From assembly GCA_964574885.1 (NCBI GenBank), contig CAZNQT010000061.1:1-13918 (forward strand): DNA of 13,918 nucleotides. Direction: 5' to 3'. Positions 1 through 7,809 of the stretch are shown piece by piece; within the stretch, counting starts at the first letter, position 1; each line of letters starts with the position of its first letter. This DNA is from an uncultured Pirellulales bacterium. GTDB taxonomy: Bacteria > Planctomycetota > Phycisphaerae > Sedimentisphaerales > SM23-30. Under the pieces are notes generated by a model. It worked only from the letters and a program-made list of their open reading frames with translations. It had not been told where the DNA came from and did not search any database. A program made the position numbers and the translations under genes.

Positions 1-380
1 GTCACGTCGAATGGCGGGACTTTGATCCAACGGTGCTCGGCGGTAATTATCACGGTCATTATGGATATGGCCCGCAATGTACCGTTACACCGGTTGATCA
101 AGCCCGAAGTCACCCGATTCTTCGAGGCGTCAAACTGCCGTTTATCAGCATGGGCTCCTTATATAAAAACAATCCCTTAAAACCTTCTACTACCTGTCTG
201 CTCATGGGAAATATACCGGATAATAAGACCCCGGAACCGGTCGCCTGGACGAATACCTATAAAACCTCTCGCGTATTTTATACCTCGCTTGGATATCCGG
301 ACGACTTCAAAAATCCTGAATTCGTGCGCCTGCTCGCCAATGCCATCCACTGGGCCCTGGATATGCCCATTCCAAAATAA
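1..380 (+). CDS. ThuA-like (trehalose-utilization / class I glutamine-amidotransferase-like fold) protein, C-terminal part. The gene starts upstream of the window (frame 3 is open back to position 3).
   Basis: The frame is open from nt 3 with no in-frame stop before the ATG at 33, so the listed 115-aa ORF is the tail of a longer gene. The C-terminal motifs (...WTNTYKTSRVFYTSLGYPDDF...ANAIHWAL) match my recollection of the conserved ThuA-family C-terminus. ThuA partners with the Gfo/Idh/MocA enzyme ThuB in 3-ketotrehalose formation, which is coherent with the rest of the locus. Confidence 0.55.
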   Translation, partial: HVEWRDFDPTVLGGNYHGHYGYGPQCTVTPVDQARSHPILRGVKLPFISMGSLYKNNPLKPSTTCLLMGNIPDNKTPEPVAWTNTYKTSRVFYTSLGYPDDFKNPEFVRLLANAIHWALDMPIPK

Positions 381-443
381 ACCATACGTAGTTTCCATCC
401 GTTAGGGATTCATTCCGTTGGCTTCAAGGAAACCGACGTGTGG

Positions 444-475
444 CACCCCCAAGCTCGCGGACTCGCTTGGGGGTG
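444..475 (+). terminator. GC-rich hairpin downstream of the ThuA-like gene, a candidate transcription terminator with no immediate U-tract.
   Basis: cacccccaagc (444-454) and gcttgggggtg (465-475) form an 11-bp perfect stem with a 10-nt loop, 64 nt after the stop at 380. A T-rich stretch (ttccttttc) follows only ~20 nt later. Confidence 0.4.
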
Positions 476-564
476 GAGGTCATCGAAAAGAAATTCCTTT
501 TCAGCGCCGGATTTAATCGGTACGATTACGCATGTTTCAAAATACTCTCTTGTTATAAGAAGAG

Positions 565-729
565 TTTTACAAAATTGAGGTTAGGCATATTTTGGAAAGA
601 AAAAATTCTTGCATAATTTTTTCTTTTCAAATCGCAAGTTGTTGTGTAGTAGTATGTTATAAACTTATTTAAGAAAATCCTTTCCGGGATTTTCTTAAAT
701 AATTTATGCCTAACCTCAATTTTGTAAAA
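565..729. repeat. Symmetric composite inverted-repeat element in the 5' leader of the Nramp-like operon: 25-bp perfect terminal IRs enclosing two 16-bp hairpins.
   Basis: 565-589 ttttacaaaattgaggttaggcata is the exact reverse complement of 705-729 tatgcctaacctcaattttgtaaaa. Hairpin A has stem 592-607/615-630 with loop cttgcat. Hairpin B has stem 665-680/687-702 with loop tttccg. Each hairpin sits 2 nt inside an IR arm and a 34-nt AT-rich core lies between them. Confidence 0.55.
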
Positions 730-766
730 GTTCAGTTATAATTGCCGAACTGGGTAAGGAGCAGGT

Positions 767-2587
767 ATGAGCGAGCAGAAATCTCCATCCACCGAGCAGC
801 AGGAATTAGCCCGTGGTTTACCGATGTTTTCCGCTTCGGATCCGGAGGCGCTGGCGGCAGAGAAAACCAGGCTCTCAGCCGTCCAAAATAAAGGCTTGCT
901 GACCCGCTGGAGAACCTATTTCTCCATGACCGGTCCCGGTTGGTTGCAGAGCGCCATGACGCTCGGCGCCGGCAGCGCGATGGCATCGTTGTTCTTGGGG
1001 GCGTATTATCAATATCGACTGTTGTGGATTCAGCCGCTGGCCATGGTTCTAGGTATCATTATGCTCTCGGCTATGTCGTATCAAACGCTCACCACCGGCG
1101 CCCGACCCTTTGATGCCATGCGAAAATTCATCCATCCCGCGATGGCCTGGGCCTGGGCCCTGGCGGCCTTGGCGGCGACTGTAATCTGGCATTTCCCGCA
1201 ATATGGTCTCGCCGCCGGCATGCTCGAAGACATGATCAAAGCGGCAACAAAATGGGAACCTACCGGTGCAAAACAAACCATTCTTTTATTGGCGATCGGC
1301 ATGGTGTTTCTGATCGTCTCCACCAAGATCACCTGGAACTACGAGGCGGGACATAAAGGTATCCGTATTTATGAAAAAGCCTTAAAGGGCATGGTCTGGA
1401 TGATCGTACTGGCGTTTGGCATCGTGGTGGTTTATACCACCGTACAGGGAAAGATTGCCTGGGGCCAGGTGTGCAAAGGATTTCTCCCCCTGCACATACC
1501 GACCGATTCGATGGGGATCAAAACGATCACCGGCGCCTTCAGTGCCGCGGTGGGAATCAATATGACGTTCTTATTTCCCTATACCCTGTTGGCGCGTGGG
1601 TGGAGTAAAGAGCATCGCGGGCTTTCCCGGTTTGATTTGATCTCCGGGATGCTGGTGCCGTACTGTCTGGCCACCTTGTTAATGGTAATTGCCACCGGAG
1701 GTACCATTTATCATACGCTGGAAAATCTGAACGTGAAAGATATTAAAGATCTTCCTGCTCTGGCGAAAAAGGTAACCGCCCAAGGCGCTCTAACGAATCC
1801 CGGTCCCAGCCGGCGACTCTGGCAGATGTTGGATCCAGACACGCAAACTCTCCTACAGGAAATCGCCCTGGCTAACGAAGCGACCGACGAACAAAAACAA
1901 GCGGTTTGTACGGCGCTGAATACCATCATCGCCAAACCGAATTTTTATACGGAAGAGGATTTCGCGAGCATCAAGGCAAAATTGCCCGTAAACACGAAAG
2001 ATATTCTTAAAAGAGATCAAAACCAATTGATCGACAAGGAAATTCGTTTACGAAATCGCCAAACTCTGGATACCGCCTTCCCGGAGAACATAAACGCATT
2101 ATCCTTACGAGTTTCCCCCACCAAGGCGGCCGGCATGTTTCAAGCGGTTGGTGTTACCCCATTTGTCTCCCGTTATATTTTCGGATTGGGCATACTGGGA
2201 ATTGTATTAAGCTCGATTACCCTGCAGATGTTGATGGCCGGTTTCGGCGCCTGCGAAATATTTAAATGGGAACCGGGCGGCAGAGCCTATAAGCTGGCCT
2301 GTCTGATCCCGGCGCCGGCCGTGCTGGGCGTAGTGCTCTGGAAGTATATGGGCACCTGGATTGCCATTCCGACTTCCGCGATCTGCGGCGTCATGCTGCC
2401 GATTGCCTATATCGGTTTTTTCCTGCTGAATAACAATAAAAAATATCTGGGCGACGCGACGCCGCGCGGCGGCAAAGCCGTATTCTGGAACCTCGGTATG
2501 GTAATTGCCATTGCAGCATCGATCGTCAGTGCCATTTATTTTCTGTATGCCGTATTTTATAAATGGTTGATACATCTATTCTCATAG
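767..2587 (+). CDS. Nramp/MntH-fold membrane transporter (606 aa) with substituted metal-binding residues and a ~140-aa hydrophilic insertion. Substrate unknown.
   Basis: RBS AAGGAG at 756-761. About 11 predicted TM segments. TM1 GPGWLQSAMTLGAGSAMASLFLGAYYQYRLLW aligns with the Nramp signature GPGFL..IAY.DPGN......AGA..GY.LLW, but DPGN is replaced by GAGS. In the TM6 region, AVGINMTFLFPYTLL aligns with A.IMPHN.YLHS, so Met becomes Asn and His becomes Thr. A long hydrophilic segment (aa ~325-465) lies between TM7 and TM8. Confidence 0.75.
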   Translation: MSEQKSPSTEQQELARGLPMFSASDPEALAAEKTRLSAVQNKGLLTRWRTYFSMTGPGWLQSAMTLGAGSAMASLFLGAYYQYRLLWIQPLAMVLGIIMLSAMSYQTLTTGARPFDAMRKFIHPAMAWAWALAALAATVIWHFPQYGLAAGMLEDMIKAATKWEPTGAKQTILLLAIGMVFLIVSTKITWNYEAGHKGIRIYEKALKGMVWMIVLAFGIVVVYTTVQGKIAWGQVCKGFLPLHIPTDSMGIKTITGAFSAAVGINMTFLFPYTLLARGWSKEHRGLSRFDLISGMLVPYCLATLLMVIATGGTIYHTLENLNVKDIKDLPALAKKVTAQGALTNPGPSRRLWQMLDPDTQTLLQEIALANEATDEQKQAVCTALNTIIAKPNFYTEEDFASIKAKLPVNTKDILKRDQNQLIDKEIRLRNRQTLDTAFPENINALSLRVSPTKAAGMFQAVGVTPFVSRYIFGLGILGIVLSSITLQMLMAGFGACEIFKWEPGGRAYKLACLIPAPAVLGVVLWKYMGTWIAIPTSAICGVMLPIAYIGFFLLNNNKKYLGDATPRGGKAVFWNLGMVIAIAASIVSAIYFLYAVFYKWLIHLFS

Positions 2588-2621
2588 AAAGTTCGGATTC
2601 GATTAAACTTGGGAGAGACCT

Positions 2622-3662
2622 ATGAAAGTATGGAATTTTGGCATCATGGGCGCGGGTCTGATCGCGGATTTTCACGCCCGCGCGATCGGTGATATCGAAA
2701 ACGCCCAACTCATCGGCTTTACCGATACGACCCCGGAAAAAGCCCGACAGTTGGCCGATAAGCATTCCTGCCGTGCGTTTGCGGATAATGAGGAATTATT
2801 GAATTGTCCGGATATTGATATTGTCACCATCGCCACTCCCAGCGGCGCCCACCTGGAACCCGCGGTAGCCGCCGCCCAGGCCGGCAAACACGTTATCTGC
2901 GAAAAACCGCTGGAAATCACGCTCGACCGCGTCGATGCCATGATCGCCGCCCACGAAAAAGCCGGTACCCTGCTCGGCGGCGTGTTCCAGAATCGATTCA
3001 ACGAAGCGATGATTCCCCTCCGCGAGGCGGTCCGGGCGCAGCGGTTCGGCAAAATTACCTTTGCCGGCGTCTATGTCCCCTGGTGGCGCGAGGAATCCTA
3101 TTACCAGAGCAGTTGGCACGGTGCCTGGAAACACGACGGCGGCGGCGCCTTAATGAATCAGTCGATCCACACGATTGACATGCTCTGCGATTTGATGCCG
3201 CCGGTCGAATCCGTCCAGGCCTACGCCGACCACCTCGCCCACGACATCGAAGCGGAAGATACCGCGGTCGCCGCCCTGCGGTTTACCAACGGCGCGCTCG
3301 GTTTGATTTACGGCACCACCGCCTCCTGGCCCGGCCAGTTCAAACGATTTGAAATCACCGGCGCCAAGGGCACCGTCGTGTATGTGGAAGACAGTTTAAC
3401 CGTCTGGCAGTTCGCCGAGGAAAAGCCGGAGGATGAAGAAATCCGCCAAAAATACGGCAGCATCCAAAACACCGGCGGCGGCGTAGCCGACCCCGCGGCA
3501 ATCTCCTATCAGGGCCACAGGAAAAATTTCCAGGCGTTTCTCAAAGCCCTCGAAACCGGAGGCGATTTCGAAATCTCCGGCGTCGAAGGCCGTAAGTCCA
3601 TCGAACTCATCCTCGCCATCTACCAATCCGCCAAAGAAAAGAAACTCATTCGTCTGACATAG
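2622..3662 (+). CDS. Gfo/Idh/MocA family NAD(P)-dependent oxidoreductase, cytoplasmic.
   Basis: N-terminal Rossmann motif GIMGAGLIADFHARAI and the family hallmark HVICEKPLEIT (the EKP motif). No signal peptide. It lies 34 nt after the Nramp-like gene, with GGGAGAG 6 nt before its ATG. Confidence 0.9.
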   Translation: MKVWNFGIMGAGLIADFHARAIGDIENAQLIGFTDTTPEKARQLADKHSCRAFADNEELLNCPDIDIVTIATPSGAHLEPAVAAAQAGKHVICEKPLEITLDRVDAMIAAHEKAGTLLGGVFQNRFNEAMIPLREAVRAQRFGKITFAGVYVPWWREESYYQSSWHGAWKHDGGGALMNQSIHTIDMLCDLMPPVESVQAYADHLAHDIEAEDTAVAALRFTNGALGLIYGTTASWPGQFKRFEITGAKGTVVYVEDSLTVWQFAEEKPEDEEIRQKYGSIQNTGGGVADPAAISYQGHRKNFQAFLKALETGGDFEISGVEGRKSIELILAIYQSAKEKKLIRLT

Positions 3663-3676
3663 GAAAAGAATATCTC

Positions 3677-5083
3677 ATGAAAATAGATATAACACCAGTA
3701 GCGGCTCAACTGTATTTTCTCCCCGTCCAAACCCGCGTGCCGCTCAAGTTCGGTCCGGAAACCCTGACCTCCGTCACCTGTGCGCGGGTCTGTTTGACCG
3801 TGCAGGATCGACCGGGTAAAACCGCCCAAGGCTGGGGCGAAACGCCCTTGAGCGTGCAGTGGGCCTGGCCCAGTTCGATCAGTCTGCAGGAGCGAACGGA
3901 CGCCATGCAGCAATTCTGTCAGTTCTTAACGGAGGTATGGGGACTTGTCGTGGACGACTGGGGGCATCCCCTGGAAATTGGGTATCAATTTCAGAGCGAT
4001 TTTTTAACCAGTACTTTAAAGAAATTTAATCTGGAGGAGCGCAAGGATCGAGAACCCCTGCCGCACCTAGCCGCTTTGATCTGCAACTCCGCTTTCGACA
4101 TTGCGCTGCACGATGCTTATGGAAGTCATTTGGAACAGGATGTTTATACTACCTACAACTCGAATTTCATGAACGCCGACTTGGAGAAATATCTAACTCC
4201 CGCGGAGGGAGCGAACATATCGTTCGCGGGTAAATATCCCGCCGATTTTATGATCTTCCCTCCGCCGCAGCAACTGTCCGCCTGGCACCTGGTCGGCGGG
4301 AAAGATCTATTAGAGGAATCCGAACTCACCGGCGATGAACCGGATGATGGCTATCCGGTCTTGTTGCCGGACTGGATCCGACGCGACGGCTTGACTTGTC
4401 TTAAAGTGAAGCTCCGCGGTAACGATGCCGAATGGGATTATGATCGCTTAGTCAAAGTCGGCGCCATCGCGCTGAAACATGACGTCCTCTGGCTCACCAG
4501 CGATTTCAACTGTACCGTCAGCGATCCCGCCTACGTAAACGAAATCCTCGACCGCCTGACGATAGAACACCCTCGGATCAGTCAGATGATCCTCTACGTC
4601 GAGCAGCCATTCCCCTACGACCTGGAGGCCAACCAGATCGACGTCCACAGCGTTTCGGCTCGCAAACCTCTGTTTATGGATGAAAGCGCCCACGACTGGA
4701 AATTTGTCAAGCTCGGTCGCACGCTGGGTTGGACCGGCGTCGCTTTGAAAACCTGTAAAACCCAGACCGGCGCCCTGTTGAGCCTCTGCTGGGCCAAGGC
4801 TCACGGTATGACGCTGATGGTACAGGACCTGACCAATCCCATGCTCGCTCAAATCCCCCACGTTCGCCTGGCCGCTCACGCCGGCACCATCATGGGTGTC
4901 GAAACCAACGCCATGCAGTTTTACCCCGCCGCCTCCGAACTCGAAGCGAAAATCCATCCCGGCATCTATCAACGCCGTAACGGCCGGGTGGACCTCTCCT
5001 CAGTCCACGGCCCCGGCTTCGGCTACCGCCTCGACGAAATCCGACGCGAATTACCCCCACCCGCCGCTTCCTGCTCCCGGTAA
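3677..5083 (+). CDS. Enolase-superfamily protein of the mandelate racemase / muconate-lactonizing-enzyme type (468 aa), candidate sugar-acid or sugar-lactone cycloisomerase or dehydratase.
   Basis: The KxK motif LKVKL is present. Candidate metal ligands are D in LTSDFNC, E in YVEQPF and D in FMDESAHD. A second-half Lys lies in ALKTCKTQTG. There is an N-terminal capping-domain-like region. The gene starts 14 nt after the Gfo gene, so it is in the same operon. Confidence 0.8.
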   Translation: MKIDITPVAAQLYFLPVQTRVPLKFGPETLTSVTCARVCLTVQDRPGKTAQGWGETPLSVQWAWPSSISLQERTDAMQQFCQFLTEVWGLVVDDWGHPLEIGYQFQSDFLTSTLKKFNLEERKDREPLPHLAALICNSAFDIALHDAYGSHLEQDVYTTYNSNFMNADLEKYLTPAEGANISFAGKYPADFMIFPPPQQLSAWHLVGGKDLLEESELTGDEPDDGYPVLLPDWIRRDGLTCLKVKLRGNDAEWDYDRLVKVGAIALKHDVLWLTSDFNCTVSDPAYVNEILDRLTIEHPRISQMILYVEQPFPYDLEANQIDVHSVSARKPLFMDESAHDWKFVKLGRTLGWTGVALKTCKTQTGALLSLCWAKAHGMTLMVQDLTNPMLAQIPHVRLAAHAGTIMGVETNAMQFYPAASELEAKIHPGIYQRRNGRVDLSSVHGPGFGYRLDEIRRELPPPAASCSR

Positions 5084-5126
5084 TACTCCATACCACCAGG
5101 TCCCGTTGCGCTTTGCCGCTCACACT

Positions 5127-6497
5127 TCATTTGTATTTACGGAGAAAATATCGATATTGATGGTAAGACAGGCCCACGTCGCGGGCGGCCTGGGCCTGGT
5201 TGCCGGCAGCCTGCTCCAGCGCTTCCGTGATGAGGTGTTTTTTAAAGGCTTCCACCTTTTCGTTAAAGGTATTGCCTCTTATGGCAGTGGACGTTTCCGG
5301 TAAAAAGCCCAAATCCTCCGGAGTAATTTCATTGGTGGTATCGCGATAGGCGGCACGCTCGATAATATTTTTCAGTTCGCGGACATTGCCGGGAAAATCA
5401 TACTTTTCCAGGACGTCCAAAGCGGTTTTACTGAGCCGTTTGCCGCCGAGGGAAGGAATTTCCTGCATAAATTGAGATAGAAAGTGTCGCGCCAATAGGG
5501 GGATGTCTCCTTCTCTCCGGCGTAGTGGCGGCACCGAGATGATCTCAAAACTGAGGCGATCATAGAGGTCGCGTAGGAATTTGCCTTCCTCCATCTTCTT
5601 TTTCAGATCGACATTAGTGGCGGCGATGATACGCGTATTGACCTGAATCTCCATTGATCCCCCTACCCGGGTAAAGGTGCCGTATTCCACCACGCGGAGA
5701 ATCTTTTGTTGGAACGGAAGCGACATATTGCCAATTTCATCCAGAAACAGTGTGCCGCCGCTGGCCAACTCAAATTTGCCGTGCACCTGGTGATCGGCGC
5801 CGGTAAAAGCGCCTTTTTCGTGGCCAAACAACTCTGCTTCCAGCAAGGAATCCGGAAAGGCCGAACAATTGACCACCACCATGGGCCGACCGCTGTCACC
5901 GGCGGCAGTATGGATCGCCCGCGCCACCAACTCTTTCCCCGTTCCGCGCTCACCGAGAATCAACACTGGACGTGGGATGGTCGAGACGCGTTCGATCTGT
6001 TCGAGAACTTTTCTGATCTGAGGTGAGTCTCCGCCGATCCGGAACCGCTGCCGGGCCGTTTCCTGGAGCAGCATATTTTGCTCCCGAAGGATTCGGTTGC
6101 GATGGATTAGATTCAGATGGGGGCGGAATTTATTCAAAAAGGTGGTAACGCGATCGCCCAGTTTACCGGTCCGAACAAGAAAATCGTTGGCGCCGGCTTG
6201 AATGGCCTGGGAGACAATTTCCACATCTCCTCGCTCGGCCACGATCACAATCGGCAGGTCCGGAAATTCCCGACGAATCATCGGCAATAATTCAATGCCG
6301 CTCGACTGCCCATCGCCGATTTCATAATCCATAATCAGCAGATCCCCCGTCAATCCGCTGCGCAATTTCTCCAACAGACGCTGAGCGGAAAACACTCTCT
6401 CAATTTGACAGTCATTCTTGGATGCCTGCGTGAACGCTTCGATGAGAGTATCGAGCCGATTTTCAGGCGTATCAAGAAAGATAAATTTTCTATTCAT
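5127..6497 (-). CDS. Sigma-54-dependent transcriptional activator (NtrC-family response regulator: receiver, AAA+ sigma-54 interaction and Fis-type HTH domains).
   Basis: The receiver domain carries a phospho-acceptor-like Asp (LLIMDYEIGD). Walker A is GERGTGKE. The GAFTGA motif (EKGAFTGA) defines sigma-54 contact. Walker B is LFLDEIG. The C-terminal HTH is AARDVGLSYHQYRYFLRKY. The track ORF begins at a TTG (6521). The ATG at 6497 (MNRKFIF...) is the more likely start. Confidence 0.9.
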   Translation of the reverse strand: MNRKFIFLDTPENRLDTLIEAFTQASKNDCQIERVFSAQRLLEKLRSGLTGDLLIMDYEIGDGQSSGIELLPMIRREFPDLPIVIVAERGDVEIVSQAIQAGANDFLVRTGKLGDRVTTFLNKFRPHLNLIHRNRILREQNMLLQETARQRFRIGGDSPQIRKVLEQIERVSTIPRPVLILGERGTGKELVARAIHTAAGDSGRPMVVVNCSAFPDSLLEAELFGHEKGAFTGADHQVHGKFELASGGTLFLDEIGNMSLPFQQKILRVVEYGTFTRVGGSMEIQVNTRIIAATNVDLKKKMEEGKFLRDLYDRLSFEIISVPPLRRREGDIPLLARHFLSQFMQEIPSLGGKRLSKTALDVLEKYDFPGNVRELKNIIERAAYRDTTNEITPEDLGFLPETSTAIRGNTFNEKVEAFKKHLITEALEQAAGNQAQAARDVGLSYHQYRYFLRKYK

Positions 6498-6652
6498 AAT
6501 GCATACGATCCAGAAATACAACTGTGCTAGAAATCCAATATCAATTCAACCTATCAGATCAGTACACCGCGGTCAAGGATTTATGATACTTTTCACTACA
6601 TATATAGTAAAAACTCCCATGTATTTCCGCTATAATCCAAGGTACATATTTT

Positions 6653-6679
6653 ATAAGTTATTATTACAAAATAACTTAT
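6653..6679. promoter_or_regulatory. Perfect 10-bp inverted repeat (ATAAGTTATT-N7-AATAACTTAT) immediately upstream of the sigma-54 promoter. It is a candidate activator, IHF or repressor site.
   Basis: Arms are at 6653-6662 and 6670-6679. The IR centre lies 30 bp upstream of the -24 GG, in the divergent intergenic region between the EBP gene and the SPFH operon. Confidence 0.4.
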
Positions 6680-6694
6680 GATCTTTATATCTTT

Positions 6695-6710
6695 TGGCAT
6701 GATAATTGCG
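6695..6710 (+). promoter_or_regulatory. Sigma-54 (RpoN) -24/-12 promoter driving the SPFH operon.
   Basis: TGGCATGataaTTGCg matches TGGCACG-N4-TTGCA. The GG at 6696-6697 and GC at 6708-6709 have the canonical 11-nt register. It is oriented toward the SPFH gene (ATG 6781, RBS AAAGGAG 6768-6774) and sits beside a divergently encoded sigma-54 EBP. Confidence 0.6.
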
Positions 6711-6780
6711 ATTTTCCCTTTCCAGACGGCTATACGGAAGTTTGATGCCTAGGAAATTAATGAATTGAAAGGAGCCCATT

Positions 6781-7809
6781 ATGAAAAAGTTATCCATTCT
6801 TTTATTCAGTCTAGTAGCCCTGGGACTGATCGGCAGTGGATGCAAACCGTATAAAGGGGAAAAATTTGAAGAAGTTCAGAATCACGAAACGGCGTTTGTC
6901 ATACCGTATGAAGGCGATCTGGCCAAACAAGAGAAATTGAAATCTCTGGACGCCCTGGAATCCTATCAGGTAGCGATTAAACGAATCGATATTCCCCGAC
7001 GCTGGAAGAAAACCGGTCGTTTGTGGTGGGCTGGGGAGTGGATCGACGTCGTCAAGGTGATCAAGGTGGATCGCTCGCCCGTGACTCGGGAGTGGACCGC
7101 CAGCCGGGATACCGGTACCAGCGTTCGCAACGAAGGGATCTGGATCGAAAGTGAAGACAGCGTTTCCTTTAGTACGGGATTTACCTGTACGGCGTTCATT
7201 AAGGAGGAAGACGCCGCCCGGTTTTTATATCACTATCCCAACGGCCAACTCGCCGTCATCATGGATAACCAAGTCCGCGCTGAAATTCAATCCAAGGCAG
7301 CGGAAATCGCCGCCCTGTACAAAATGGATGAATTGCGGGCGAAAAAAGCGGAAATCATCCAGGGAGTACGCGAACATGTAATTCCATTCTTTAATCAGAC
7401 AGGCATCACGATTACTACCATCGGTATGTTTGGCGGTTATACGTATGAAAATCTGGAGATCCAAAAAGCGATCGACAACACCTTTGTGGCCCAGCAGGAA
7501 AAAGTAATTGCGGCGGCAATGTATGAGGCGCAGGAAGACAAGAATCGCCGCATTGAAAAGGAAGCTGAAGCTCAAAAAACCGCTTCGGTCATTAAAGCCA
7601 ATGGTGAAGCTGAAGCAATTACCATTGTTGCCCGGGCCGCCGAAAACGCTCAAAAGAGTCCGGCCTTTCTGCAACTGCGTAAGTTGGAAGTGGAATCTCT
7701 GCGTATCGAAAAATGGGATGGCCGATATCCCAGTCATTACTGGAACACCGCGAATACCGACGGCCTGGGAATTATCGTCAACACACCGAACCTAACGGAG
7801 AGTGAATAA
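6781..7809 (+). CDS. SPFH/Band-7 (stomatin/prohibitin/flotillin/HflKC-like) domain lipoprotein.
   Basis: Signal peptide with lipobox MKKLSILLFSLVALGLIGSG|C. The SPFH core is followed by a coiled-coil region rich in E, A, Q and K (EAQEDKNRRIEKEAEAQKTASVIKANGEAEAITIVARAAENAQ) that is typical of the family. Confidence 0.8.
   Translation: MKKLSILLFSLVALGLIGSGCKPYKGEKFEEVQNHETAFVIPYEGDLAKQEKLKSLDALESYQVAIKRIDIPRRWKKTGRLWWAGEWIDVVKVIKVDRSPVTREWTASRDTGTSVRNEGIWIESEDSVSFSTGFTCTAFIKEEDAARFLYHYPNGQLAVIMDNQVRAEIQSKAAEIAALYKMDELRAKKAEIIQGVREHVIPFFNQTGITITTIGMFGGYTYENLEIQKAIDNTFVAQQEKVIAAAMYEAQEDKNRRIEKEAEAQKTASVIKANGEAEAITIVARAAENAQKSPAFLQLRKLEVESLRIEKWDGRYPSHYWNTANTDGLGIIVNTPNLTESE

Noticed and set aside
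33-380. Treating the 115-aa ORF starting at ATG 33 as a complete small gene.
   Set aside because: The frame is open from the window edge and the upstream residues (HVEWRDFDPTV) continue the domain, so it is the 3' portion of a gene beginning outside the window.
552-741. MITE interpretation of the 565-729 element with gttataa as a target-site duplication.
   Set aside because: The gttataa copies are displaced 7 and 5 bp from the IR ends rather than abutting them. Without other genomic copies the mobile-element reading cannot be supported. It is kept as a finding with both hypotheses open.
6498-6521. TTG-initiated 8-codon N-terminal extension of the sigma-54 regulator (MYFWIVCIM...).
   Set aside because: An in-frame ATG at 6497 gives a normal receiver-domain N-terminus (MNRKFIFLD). 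The extension is hydrophobic junk from the AT-rich intergenic region.
6418-6845. Small ORFs 6418..6681 (+) and 6651..6845 (-) in the EBP/SPFH divergent intergenic region.
   Set aside because: They are AT-rich, low-complexity translations with no RBS. They overlap the sigma-54 promoter and the palindrome, so the region is better explained as regulatory DNA.
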